NCBI GenBank assembly: GCA_027451365.1
Contig: DAIDJN010000041.1
Span: 25,679 to 89,678, forward strand
DNA: 64,000 bases
DNA from: Phycisphaerales bacterium
GTDB lineage: Bacteria; Planctomycetota; Phycisphaerae; WQYP01
Reading direction: 5' to 3'
The first letter of the stretch is position 1, and every line of letters begins with the position of its first letter. The position numbers and the translations under genes are program-made. Positions 31,544 to 40,601 of this stretch are shown one piece after another. The notes beneath the pieces were generated by a model. That model did no database searches, was not told the origin of the DNA, and worked only from the letters and a program-made list of their open reading frames with translations.

Positions 31544-33589
31544 ATGAAACACCACGATGCCCTCGGAAAAAATGCGCAATCAAGGCGTACTGTGGTGAAG
31601 GTGGTCGCGGTTGCGGTCGTCGGTGCGATAGGGACCTCGGCCGTGCGGGGGGCAGCGGCAACCCGCGTGGTGCACGTTGAAGACCTGAGTTTGAAAAATA
31701 TACTTCAAGGCTGGGGTGTGCCACACAAAAACCGCAGCGTGGACAATACTCCAATCATCATCGCCGGTAAGCACTTCAAACGCGGCATTGGTACCCATGC
31801 CCAAAGCGTCTTTAGAATTGCACTGCACCAACAGGCGGAAAAGTTTACGGCCTTGGTCGGGCTTGATGCCACCGCAGGCGATCACGGTGCAGTCATATTT
31901 GAAGTGCTGGCCGATAACAAAGTTGTAGCGCAAAGCCCGTTGATGAAAGGGGGCGAAGCGGCCCGGCCGATCAGCGCGGACCTCCGCGGAGCCCATTACA
32001 TGACACTGCTGGTGAAAACCGGCCCCTATGGCATGGACTTTTGCCATGCCGACTGGGCCGATCCGGTGATTACGCTGATCGCGGGTGCGACGAAACTGCC
32101 AGATTCCGCGGCGCGTTACGAAGGTGCCGATGTGGTTCCGGAAATTGCCAGTGGCGACCCCCCGCAGCCGGAATTTCATGGGCCGCGAGTGGTGGGTGCC
32201 ACACCCGGGCGCGACTTTTTGTTTTTAGTGCCGCACACCGGGCAGGCTCCTGTAACTTTGCTGGCCGAGGGTTTGCCGCCGGGCCTTACAATGACGGAAG
32301 CTGGTGTAATCTCGGGCAAAATTGCCGCCGCTGGGGAGTACAAAGTTCGTTTGACCGCGAAAAACAGCGTGGGTTCAGCGAGCCGCACGTTACGCCTCGT
32401 GGCCGGCGAACACCAATTGGCCATGACGCCTCCCATGGGCTGGAATTCGTGGAACGCATTTGGCATGGACAATAGCGCTCGGCGCACCATGGGGTCAGCC
32501 GATGCCATGATTAGCAGCGGACTGGCTGCCAAAGGGTTTAATTACATCAATATTGACGACGGCTGGCAGAATGGTCGTGACGAACAGGGCGAAATACTTA
32601 CGACGCCAAAATTTGGCGATATGAAAAAACTCTCCGATTATGTGCACAGCAAAGGGCTGCGTTTTGGCTTGTATTCTTCCCCGGGAAAAATGACCTGTGG
32701 ACAACATACCGGCAGCTTCGGGCACGAAGCCCAGGATGCCAAAACCTATGCCCGGTGGGGTGTGGATTATCTCAAATACGACTGGTGCAGCTATGGTGAC
32801 CAGGTGCCACAAAACCCCAGCCTCCAGCAATATATGCATCCGTACGTGGTGATGCGCCAGGCTCTGGATGCGGTAGACAGGGATATTTTCTTCAGCCTGT
32901 GCCAATACGGGATGGGGCACGTATGGACGTGGGGCGGCCGCGAACCGGTATGGGGCAACAGCTACCGCATCAGCGGCGACATCAACGACTCCTGGGATTC
33001 CATGATGAATAACGGATTTCGCGCCGACCGGGCGCTGTTTCCGTTTGCTGGACCAGGCCACTGGAATGATCCGGATATGCTGGTGGTTGGCTACGGCAGC
33101 TTTGAAGATGGGCCGCTGCACTGGAGCAAGTTAACACCCGGCGAGCAGCAAACGCATATCACGCAATGGTGCATGCTGGCCGCTCCTCTGCTGCTGGGAT
33201 GTAATCTGGAGCATCTTAACAAGTTCACCATTGATTTGATGACCAATACCGAGGTCTTGGCCGTCAATCAGGATGAAATCGGCGTGCAGGCGCAGTGCAT
33301 GAATCGCGACCAAGGCACGGGTGTTGAAATTTGGGGCCGCCCGCTTTGGGATGGCACCGTCGCGGTGGCTTTGTATAACCTTGGGTTGATGCCGGCAAAG
33401 GCCAACATCCCCTCGTGGAGCATGCTGGACATGGTGCTTACTCCGAACCAAAAAGCGCTGCGCGGCAAGCAGCCTGTGCGCGACTTATGGAAGCGCAAAA
33501 GTCTGGGTGAGCGAGCCGGGCTGGCGATGGAAGTTCCGGCCCACGGCGCGATCATGCTGAAGATCGGCCAGCCGCGAATGGAAGATTAA
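31544..33589 (+). CDS. GH27 alpha-galactosidase with N-terminal NPCBM (NEW2) carbohydrate-binding module
   Basis: N-terminal domain with GWGVPHKNRSVDNTPIIIAGKHFKRGIGTHAQSVFRIAL...FTALVGLDATAG...FEVLADNKVV (NPCBM pattern). Catalytic domain has PPMGWNSWNAFG, GFNYINIDDGWQ, nucleophile YLKYDWC, acid/base YRISGDIND. GGAG RBS. Confidence 0.75.
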   Translation: MKHHDALGKNAQSRRTVVKVVAVAVVGAIGTSAVRGAAATRVVHVEDLSLKNILQGWGVPHKNRSVDNTPIIIAGKHFKRGIGTHAQSVFRIALHQQAEKFTALVGLDATAGDHGAVIFEVLADNKVVAQSPLMKGGEAARPISADLRGAHYMTLLVKTGPYGMDFCHADWADPVITLIAGATKLPDSAARYEGADVVPEIASGDPPQPEFHGPRVVGATPGRDFLFLVPHTGQAPVTLLAEGLPPGLTMTEAGVISGKIAAAGEYKVRLTAKNSVGSASRTLRLVAGEHQLAMTPPMGWNSWNAFGMDNSARRTMGSADAMISSGLAAKGFNYINIDDGWQNGRDEQGEILTTPKFGDMKKLSDYVHSKGLRFGLYSSPGKMTCGQHTGSFGHEAQDAKTYARWGVDYLKYDWCSYGDQVPQNPSLQQYMHPYVVMRQALDAVDRDIFFSLCQYGMGHVWTWGGREPVWGNSYRISGDINDSWDSMMNNGFRADRALFPFAGPGHWNDPDMLVVGYGSFEDGPLHWSKLTPGEQQTHITQWCMLAAPLLLGCNLEHLNKFTIDLMTNTEVLAVNQDEIGVQAQCMNRDQGTGVEIWGRPLWDGTVAVALYNLGLMPAKANIPSWSMLDMVLTPNQKALRGKQPVRDLWKRKSLGERAGLAMEVPAHGAIMLKIGQPRMED

Positions 33590-33978
33590 TTTATGTCAGT
33601 GCAGGGTGGCCGCCGCAGTGGACCGATACAGGTGCTCGATGGTGGAGACGACGGTGCACAAGGCGCGGCCTCTCCCGCATAAACCCGCGGCGGCTTGCAC
33701 GGATCGCAAAGACGGCAATTGGCCTATGCGCGCGTGGCGTACAAGCCGCGGGTCGAGGTTTACCATTGCTCGCGATCCGCAATCTGATTTGTCGGGCGCG
33801 TCCTGAATTGTCACGCATTTTCATTTGGAACAATTACTTGTTCATGTTGACAAAGCCCAGGCAGCAGGTACAATAAAACCTCCCGGAGAGTGGTTAAATG
33901 ATCTTTATGTCAGGGCGTCATTGCCCGTTTGCCCGTATCGCACCGCGTTGCTGGTTGATATCGAAAGGAAACCGTCAG

Positions 33979-35547
33979 ATGTTCATAACCAGAAAAACAA
34001 ACTCCTATGCAATTTTGTTCTGCACCACTCTCGTGCTTTCTCTGGGTTGCCTGCGGGCCGGTGCTGCGGTGCGATTTGCAACTATTTTCTCAGACCACAT
34101 GGTTCTACAGCGCGGCATGGCGGATCCTGTATGGGGCATGGGTACCCCTGGTCAAACAGTAAAAGTATCCTTTGCCGGTCATACGGTTTTGGGGCAAACC
34201 AATAACAGCGGACATTGGATGGTCAAACTGCCGGCCATGCAGGCCAATGCCAATCCCCAAACCTTGACGGTTCAGGCGGGCAGCAGTACCAGCAGCGTCA
34301 AAGATGTTCTAGTGGGAGACGTGTGGCTTTGCACCGGACAATCCAATATGACCTACAACCTGTATGGCTGGACCCCCGGCGGCCATGGCCATGCCGCAGT
34401 CGCCAAGGCCAACTACCCGTTAATTCGCTTTGTTGATGTACCGCAAGTGACTGCGTCTCATCCGAAGGGCAGCTTCAAGGCGTCCTGGCAGGTGTGTAGC
34501 CCCAAGACAATCGGTTGGTTTTCAGCGGTCGGCTATTACTTTGGGCGCGATTTGTTTCGTAAGTTGCATGTTCCCATCGGGCTGATTGAATCAAGTTGGC
34601 CCGGCACGCAGATTCAACCCTGGACGCCGCTGTCTGCGGTTCGCGATACGCCCCAATTGCATGGCGATTACCTGTGGATAAAAAACCAGGAGAAGCAATA
34701 CCAGGCACAGAAAAAGGCATTTATGACAGCGATTGCCGCGTGGTTACCTAAAGCACGGGTATCCCTGAACGCGGGCCACGATATACCTAATCCACCCGCA
34801 GAACCGTGGAACTTCATAACCGGCCCAGGCTATACCTCCCTTTACAATGGCATGATCAACCCTTTGGTTCCCTTTGCCGTAAAGGGTAACATTTGGTATC
34901 AGGGCGAAAGCAACGTCAACGATAATTTGTATTATGTTCGCTTAAAAACGCTGATCAGGTCCTGGCGCAAGGCCTGGAATCAGGGGAATTTTCCGTTTTA
35001 TCTCGTGGAAATTGCTCCGTTTTATTACGGCAATCCGATAACGGGTGAACCCGTGGTCTGGAATGCCCAGGAAAATGTGGTGCGTACTGTTCCCAACACC
35101 GGTATTGTCGGGACCCAGGATATTGGCCTGTTAAATAATGTCCACCCGTTTGATAAACGCGATGTGGGCTACCGCCTGTCGCTGTTGGCTTTGGCCAAAA
35201 CTTACGGCCAAAAGGGTTTTGTATATGCCGGCCCGATGTATAAATCCATGACCATTTCCGATGGCAAAGCCGTCATTCATTTTAACTATGCCAGCGATGG
35301 CTTGGTATCGCGTGATGGCAAGCCACTGACCTGGTTTCAAATTGCCGGTAAAAACAAGAAATTTGTGACGGCCCAGGCCGCCATTGTCGGCGATACCGTG
35401 GTGGTGCAGTCTCCTTCGGTGCCTCACCCCACTGTGGTGCGATTTGCATGGAATCAAATCGCAATGCCCAACTTGATGAACAAAGCCGGCCTGCCGGCAT
35501 TGCCGTTTGACACCAACGATGCTATGAAGCCTACCGTGCCACAATAA
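33979..35547 (+). CDS. sialate O-acetylesterase-like (SASA/DUF303, SGNH-type) carbohydrate esterase
   Basis: Signal peptide. GDVWLCTGQSNM, the SASA catalytic Ser block, with a duplicated domain architecture. AAAGGAA RBS before the ATG at 33979. Confidence 0.65.
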   Translation: MFITRKTNSYAILFCTTLVLSLGCLRAGAAVRFATIFSDHMVLQRGMADPVWGMGTPGQTVKVSFAGHTVLGQTNNSGHWMVKLPAMQANANPQTLTVQAGSSTSSVKDVLVGDVWLCTGQSNMTYNLYGWTPGGHGHAAVAKANYPLIRFVDVPQVTASHPKGSFKASWQVCSPKTIGWFSAVGYYFGRDLFRKLHVPIGLIESSWPGTQIQPWTPLSAVRDTPQLHGDYLWIKNQEKQYQAQKKAFMTAIAAWLPKARVSLNAGHDIPNPPAEPWNFITGPGYTSLYNGMINPLVPFAVKGNIWYQGESNVNDNLYYVRLKTLIRSWRKAWNQGNFPFYLVEIAPFYYGNPITGEPVVWNAQENVVRTVPNTGIVGTQDIGLLNNVHPFDKRDVGYRLSLLALAKTYGQKGFVYAGPMYKSMTISDGKAVIHFNYASDGLVSRDGKPLTWFQIAGKNKKFVTAQAAIVGDTVVVQSPSVPHPTVVRFAWNQIAMPNLMNKAGLPALPFDTNDAMKPTVPQ

Positions 35548-35674
35548 CTCGGCCGATGGGCTTGATGGCCCGATACTGGTGTTGCACTGCATGTTGGGCC
35601 GGCCTCATGGCCCAAACCAGCCATCGTCCATGTGTTGGCACAGGGATTGTGATGGAAACTGGTGGAGTGATTTT

Positions 35675-37042
35675 ATGCGTATGAAATTTTTCGGCTGTAT
35701 GGCTGCCCTGAGTATGGCGTGCATGTTGTCGCTTGTTTTTGCGCCGCGCGGTGCGGTTGCGGCCCCAGCGGCCCCTTTGGCAAGCCCTTCCAATCTGCCG
35801 CAGTTTACCAAGGCCAACCCCGCCCCGCATCCATTTATGGGGTGGAGCAGTTGGAGTTCAATTCGCGGCGGAGTGGATGCGAAAATTGTAAAGGCTCAGG
35901 CCCGCCTGATGGCCAAACGGCTCAAACGTTTCGGATACGACTATATCAACATCGACGCCGGCTGGCAGCAGGGCTATGACCGCTATGGACGCCCGAAGCC
36001 CAATCTGAAAAAGTTTCCAGGCGGAATTGCGACTCTGGCCAAATGGATGCACAATCGCGGATTAAAGCTGGGAATTTATCTGGTGCCGGGACTTCCCAAT
36101 TCGGTTTATCAGGCCAACGATCCGATTTTTGGCACCCATTACACCGCGCGGCAAATCGTCTATAAAAGATATAAACATGGCAACACGCTTTCTACAAGAA
36201 GTTACAAATTGAATTTTCACACCCCGGGCGCTATGGCCTATCTGCAAAGTTGCGCTGATTTGTACGCTCACTGGGGAGTGGATTATATCAAATTGGATTT
36301 CGTGGGACCCGGTGGCGGCGACTGGCCTTACGGCCGGGTTGACACCCGCTCGGAAATGGCTCATTTGTCCCTGGCGCTAAGTCGCTCCGGCCGACCGATA
36401 TGGCTGGAACTTTCCAACAGACTCAGTTTCAAATATGCCGCCTTCTGGGCCAAATACGCCAATGGTTGGCGCACCAACGGCGATATCGAAAGTTATCAGC
36501 ATGATCTGACTAACTGGACCCGGGTAATGGTGCGTTTTAACAAGAACGCCCGATGGGCTCCTTATGCCGGCCCCGGCGGCTGGAACGATTTTGACTCTCT
36601 GGAAATCGGCAACGGAAAGCTCGATGGGTTGACGCCCGTTGAAAGTCAAACCGTCATGATTTTCTGGTGCATCAACTGCTCGCCGCTTTGCCTGGGTACC
36701 GATTTAACGCGCCTTACGCCCGGTGGCTTCAAAATGATTACCAACAAAGCCGCTATTGCCATCGACCAGGCCGGCCATGTGGCCAGGCCACTTTCCCAGA
36801 AAACCCCGCAGCAGGTGTGGGTTATTCACCACGCCGACGGTGCTTGCACGGTGGCCCTGTTCAACCTCGCCAAAACAGCGGCCAGGGTCGGCGTAACTTG
36901 GCGGCAACTGGCCTTGGCCAAGTCTACCGCTGCCGTCAAAGACCTCTGGGATGGAAAAAAAATGGGCACGCTTTCCCACGGCTTTAGCGCAACCCTGCCG
37001 TCCCACGGCTCACGACTCCTGCAGATAACTCCATCACACTAG
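35675..37042 (+). CDS. GH27-like glycosidase paralog with DAGW substrate-pocket variant
   Basis: Signal peptide. HPFMGWSSWSS, GYDYINIDAGWQ, DYIKLDFVG, WRTNGDIESY. About 50% identical by eye to the 27996-29381 product. Confidence 0.55.
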   Translation: MRMKFFGCMAALSMACMLSLVFAPRGAVAAPAAPLASPSNLPQFTKANPAPHPFMGWSSWSSIRGGVDAKIVKAQARLMAKRLKRFGYDYINIDAGWQQGYDRYGRPKPNLKKFPGGIATLAKWMHNRGLKLGIYLVPGLPNSVYQANDPIFGTHYTARQIVYKRYKHGNTLSTRSYKLNFHTPGAMAYLQSCADLYAHWGVDYIKLDFVGPGGGDWPYGRVDTRSEMAHLSLALSRSGRPIWLELSNRLSFKYAAFWAKYANGWRTNGDIESYQHDLTNWTRVMVRFNKNARWAPYAGPGGWNDFDSLEIGNGKLDGLTPVESQTVMIFWCINCSPLCLGTDLTRLTPGGFKMITNKAAIAIDQAGHVARPLSQKTPQQVWVIHHADGACTVALFNLAKTAARVGVTWRQLALAKSTAAVKDLWDGKKMGTLSHGFSATLPSHGSRLLQITPSH

Positions 37043-37327
37043 CCACCGGTGAATACAGATATTTGCAGCGCATAGAAGCCGGTCCCGGGAATTGCATGTT
37101 CAAACAGAACGCTCCCCGCGGAATGAACCGAGGTCTTTACGCGGGCGGTAGCACCGGCTTAACGTGATCATCTATCAACGATGCGGCCTGCAATCAGGGC
37201 CGGCAGGCCATACGGCGATGCCACGCCGTCATATCACCGATTGGCATCAGCAAAACTATCCGACCCTGGCTAACCGCCACTATCGCTTTGGCCGACTGGC
37301 CGAGAAATCGAAAAGACAAATATTAAG

Positions 37328-38135
37328 TAAACGCCGGCGGGCGGGACGCCCGCACCACAAGCGATCATCCGCAGCGTCGTGGCTGCGGCCCTTTTGAAAC
37401 GCCGGCAGGCGAGACGCCTGCACCACAAGCGATCATCCGCAATGTCTTGCCGTGGCCAATTTGAAACGCCGGCAGGCGGGACGCCCGCACCGCAAGCGAC
37501 GGGTCATCCGCAATGTCTTGCCGTGGCCGAGTTGAAACGCCGGCAGGCGGGACGCCCGCACCACAAGCGACGGGTCATCCGCAATGTCTTGCCGTGGCCA
37601 ATTTGGAACGCCGGCAGGCGGGGACGCCTGCACCACAAGGTGATAATCTTTTGCCTCTTTGCGAGATGGTTTGATTTGAAACGCCGGCAGGCGGGACGCC
37701 CGCACCACAAGCGATCATCCGCAGCGTCGTGGCTGCGGCCCCATTGAAACAAACCCTTGGGGGTCGGGACTCTGGCCCGACAAATCATAATCTGCGGCGT
37801 TGGGGTGCGGCCCATTTGAAACGCCGGCAGGCGGGACGCCTGCACCACAAGCGATCATCCGCAGCGTCGTGGCTGCGGCCCCATTGAAACTCCTTCTTTG
37901 TCGGCTCCCCAGCGGAATCCGGCTAGTCATCCGCAATGTCTTGCCGTGGCCGAGTTGGAACGCCGGCAGGCGGGGACGCCCGCACCACAGGCGACGGGTC
38001 ATCTGCAATGTCTTGCCGTGGCCGAGTTGGAACGCCGGCAGGCGGGGACGCCTGCACCACAAGGTGAGACTCATTTGCCTCTTTGCGAGAGGGTTTGATT
38101 TGGAACGCCGGCAGGCGGGACGCCTGCACCACAAG
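37328..38135. repeat. higher-order tandem array of ~70-bp units (36-bp conserved hairpin core alternating with 3 classes of ~32-36-bp linker), ~10 intact and 2 degenerate copies; CRISPR-like but not a CRISPR
   Basis: Core TTGAAACGCCGGCAGGCGGGACGCCCGCACCACAAG contains the hairpin GCGGG-acg-CCCGC. Linker classes recur: CGATCATCCGCAGCGTCGTGGCTGCGGCCCC (x4, itself a CCGCAGC/GCTGCGG hairpin), CGACGGGTCATCCGCAATGTCTTGCCGTGGCC(GAG/AAT) (x5), and GTGAnAnTCnTTTGCCTCTTTGCGAGAnGGTTTGAT (x2). Confidence 0.85.
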
Positions 38136-38462
38136 CCACGGAATCATCTTATCTGTATGACGAACTGAAATTCGGTTCGACAGTTATAATATTTGAAAAA
38201 CGGACGGCTTTTCGTTTATAATTGCGAAAATTCAGGTTCTGGCCATGAACCTGCCAAAACACAGGATCGCAAACCGTGTTCCTGATGTATAATGGATGCC
38301 GGACTTTCTGGGCAATGTGATCGTTGCCCCAGCCGTATCCGTTTTAATTTTACACTGATTTATGCCCTGGAGATGTGCCAGATGGAGCTTCCGGTCAGAA
38401 AATTTTCGGCCAGTATTTCCTGGCGGCTGCGGAAATCGGCATTCCTCGTTAATATGTGCGGA

Positions 38463-40568
38463 ATGAAAACAGATATTTCCATAGTTTCACCGTTGTTTGC
38501 CGCCGCGACCATGGTGGCCGCCGGCTGGCTGGGGGCGCAGACGGCCCGTGCGGATTCGGTTGAGGACCTGTTGCGCGCGGCCGGTCACAATCCGTCCAAT
38601 TTCACGGCACCGGCAACCCGGCAGCGGGCAGCCACGATGCCAACGGTGCGCCAAGCGCCGGCAAACCGGCCGGCGGCGACCTCCAGGCCGACCGCCAGGG
38701 TTGCGTCCGGAATAAAGAAGGCAAATTCAGCCCAGCTTCCCGCGGCCACGCGGGCCGATGGTCCGGATTATAAAGTGAATCATTTTGTGCTTAGCTATAA
38801 GCATCCGCGTGCTCAACTGCCGTCGCTGGAAAGCCTGTTGCACAAACCCCTGATTCTGGCAAAAAGCCGGGACGGCTATGTGGCGCGGCGAAAGGGTGGC
38901 AAGGCGGTCGGTTATCCGGTTGTGCGCGTGACACTGGCGGAAATCAATGCGGAAAATCGGATGCAACGGTTTCATTCCAGTGCACTGGCAAGCATGGAAC
39001 GGCAACTGGTACGCGATATTAATCGGGCGGGCTTTATCGGGGTGTATGTGCAGGTATCCGCAAAAGACTTCCGCGGCCTGCGCGATATCCGACGGTCCGG
39101 AGACAAACTGCTGCACCTGGTGATTCACCAGGCCATTGTGGAGGAGGTGCGAACCATCGCATCGGGTCAGGGGCTGCCGACCAAACCGACTATAGATAAC
39201 GCCGCGATTGCCTTTATCCGGAATGGATCGCCGATTCAGCCGGCCACCCAGCCCGCCAAGGCGGGTCCGGACACGCGGGATGTTCTGGCGCGCAATCAAT
39301 TGGATGATTTTATTCTGCGGTTGAACCAGCAGCCGGGGCGACAGGTCAGCATCGCGCTTTCGCCGGGCCGCATGCCGGATTCCGTGATACTGGATTATCT
39401 GGTTCATGAAACCAAACCGTGGATGGCCTACGCGCAGATTTCCAACACGGGCACGCCGCAAACGAACGACTGGGTGGAACAGTTCGGCTTTATTGACAAT
39501 GAATTAACCGGCCATGATGACATCCTGAATCTGAATTACGACACCGCGGGCTTCGATTCCACGCAGGATGTGAACGGTTCGTATCAGTTTCCGATTTTCG
39601 GCATTGACCGCCTGCAGGCCCGCATTTTCGGCGGCTATCAGCAGTACAATGCTTCGAATGTCGGGCTGGGCAATCTGAATTTTAATGGGCGCACCAGTTT
39701 CGGCGGCGGCGAACTGATTCTTAATTTCGCCCAGTTCCGGAATATTTTTCTCTACAGTGTTCTAGGGGCGCAATACCAGCATGTCACGGTGGATAACATC
39801 AGCTTTCAACAGGGGGGCGCAGCGAATCTGTTGTTGCCGTATCTTTCACTGCGGATGGACCGAACGGGGAAAACGTCGCATCAGACAGGCGGGCTGACGT
39901 TGCTGGGGCAATATACCAACGCCTCCAGCCAGACGCTTAATAATTTGGGCCGGTTGAACACGGATCCGACCTGGATGATTCTTCAGGGTAATTTCACGGA
40001 TTCGTTTTATCTGGAACCATTTCTTGATCATCGGAATTTTGTGGACGGCCAAAGCACGCTGGCCAATGAAATTCTGCTGCGGGCCAGCGGCCAGGAAGCG
40101 TTCGGGCAGCGTCTGATTCCGCAGCAGGAAGTGGTGATTGGCGGATTGTATTCCGTGCGGGGCTACCCGCAGTCGATTGTCGCCGGTGACAACGGAATTT
40201 ATGGAACCGTGCAATACAATCTGCACATACCGCGGCTTTTTCCGGTGGATCCGAATCCGAAATCCACCCTGTTCGGCCACATTTTCCGCGCTGCGCCGCA
40301 AACCCCTTATGGTCGGCCGGACTGGGACCTGGTAGTCAGCGCGTTTGTGGATGGCGGCGTGGTGGGTCAAAGCCAGCAGCAGTCCTATGAAACCGGTTCC
40401 ACCCTGCTTAGCACCGGACTGGGCGCCAAGGTTGTGTTTGAAAAAAATATCACCGCGGAAGTTGACTGGGGCATTGCCCTGCATTCCGTGAGTCCGGTGG
40501 CCACCGGCCAGGGCGGGGTAAGCGCGGGTTCCAGTCAGTTTAATTTTGTGTTTTCCGTCAGTTATTAG
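38463..40568 (+). CDS. two-partner secretion outer-membrane transporter (TpsB; ShlB/FhaC/HecB family)
   Basis: Signal peptide and a Pro/Ala/Arg-rich linker, then POTRA-like and beta-barrel regions ending in aromatic ...FVFSVSY. Sits immediately upstream (34-bp gap) of a TPS-domain exoprotein. The family call rests mainly on context and overall architecture. Confidence 0.55.
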   Translation: MKTDISIVSPLFAAATMVAAGWLGAQTARADSVEDLLRAAGHNPSNFTAPATRQRAATMPTVRQAPANRPAATSRPTARVASGIKKANSAQLPAATRADGPDYKVNHFVLSYKHPRAQLPSLESLLHKPLILAKSRDGYVARRKGGKAVGYPVVRVTLAEINAENRMQRFHSSALASMERQLVRDINRAGFIGVYVQVSAKDFRGLRDIRRSGDKLLHLVIHQAIVEEVRTIASGQGLPTKPTIDNAAIAFIRNGSPIQPATQPAKAGPDTRDVLARNQLDDFILRLNQQPGRQVSIALSPGRMPDSVILDYLVHETKPWMAYAQISNTGTPQTNDWVEQFGFIDNELTGHDDILNLNYDTAGFDSTQDVNGSYQFPIFGIDRLQARIFGGYQQYNASNVGLGNLNFNGRTSFGGGELILNFAQFRNIFLYSVLGAQYQHVTVDNISFQQGGAANLLLPYLSLRMDRTGKTSHQTGGLTLLGQYTNASSQTLNNLGRLNTDPTWMILQGNFTDSFYLEPFLDHRNFVDGQSTLANEILLRASGQEAFGQRLIPQQEVVIGGLYSVRGYPQSIVAGDNGIYGTVQYNLHIPRLFPVDPNPKSTLFGHIFRAAPQTPYGRPDWDLVVSAFVDGGVVGQSQQQSYETGSTLLSTGLGAKVVFEKNITAEVDWGIALHSVSPVATGQGGVSAGSSQFNFVFSVSY

Positions 40569-40601
40569 CCGGACCGCCAGCCGGGGCGGGAACCGGGGAA
40601 A

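Noticed and set aside
31580-33121. 199-aa and 208-aa minus-strand ORFs
   Set aside because: Antisense shadows within the NPCBM-GH27 gene.
37328-38135. CRISPR array (36-bp repeats, ~32-36-bp spacers)
   Set aside because: Spacers are not unique. They fall into three recurring, hairpin-forming classes with shared ends. Repeat cores show indels. No cas genes anywhere in the window. The six-frame ORFs here (37379-37747, 37504-37848, 37715-38134, 37800-38168) are Arg/Pro-rich artefacts of the repeat.
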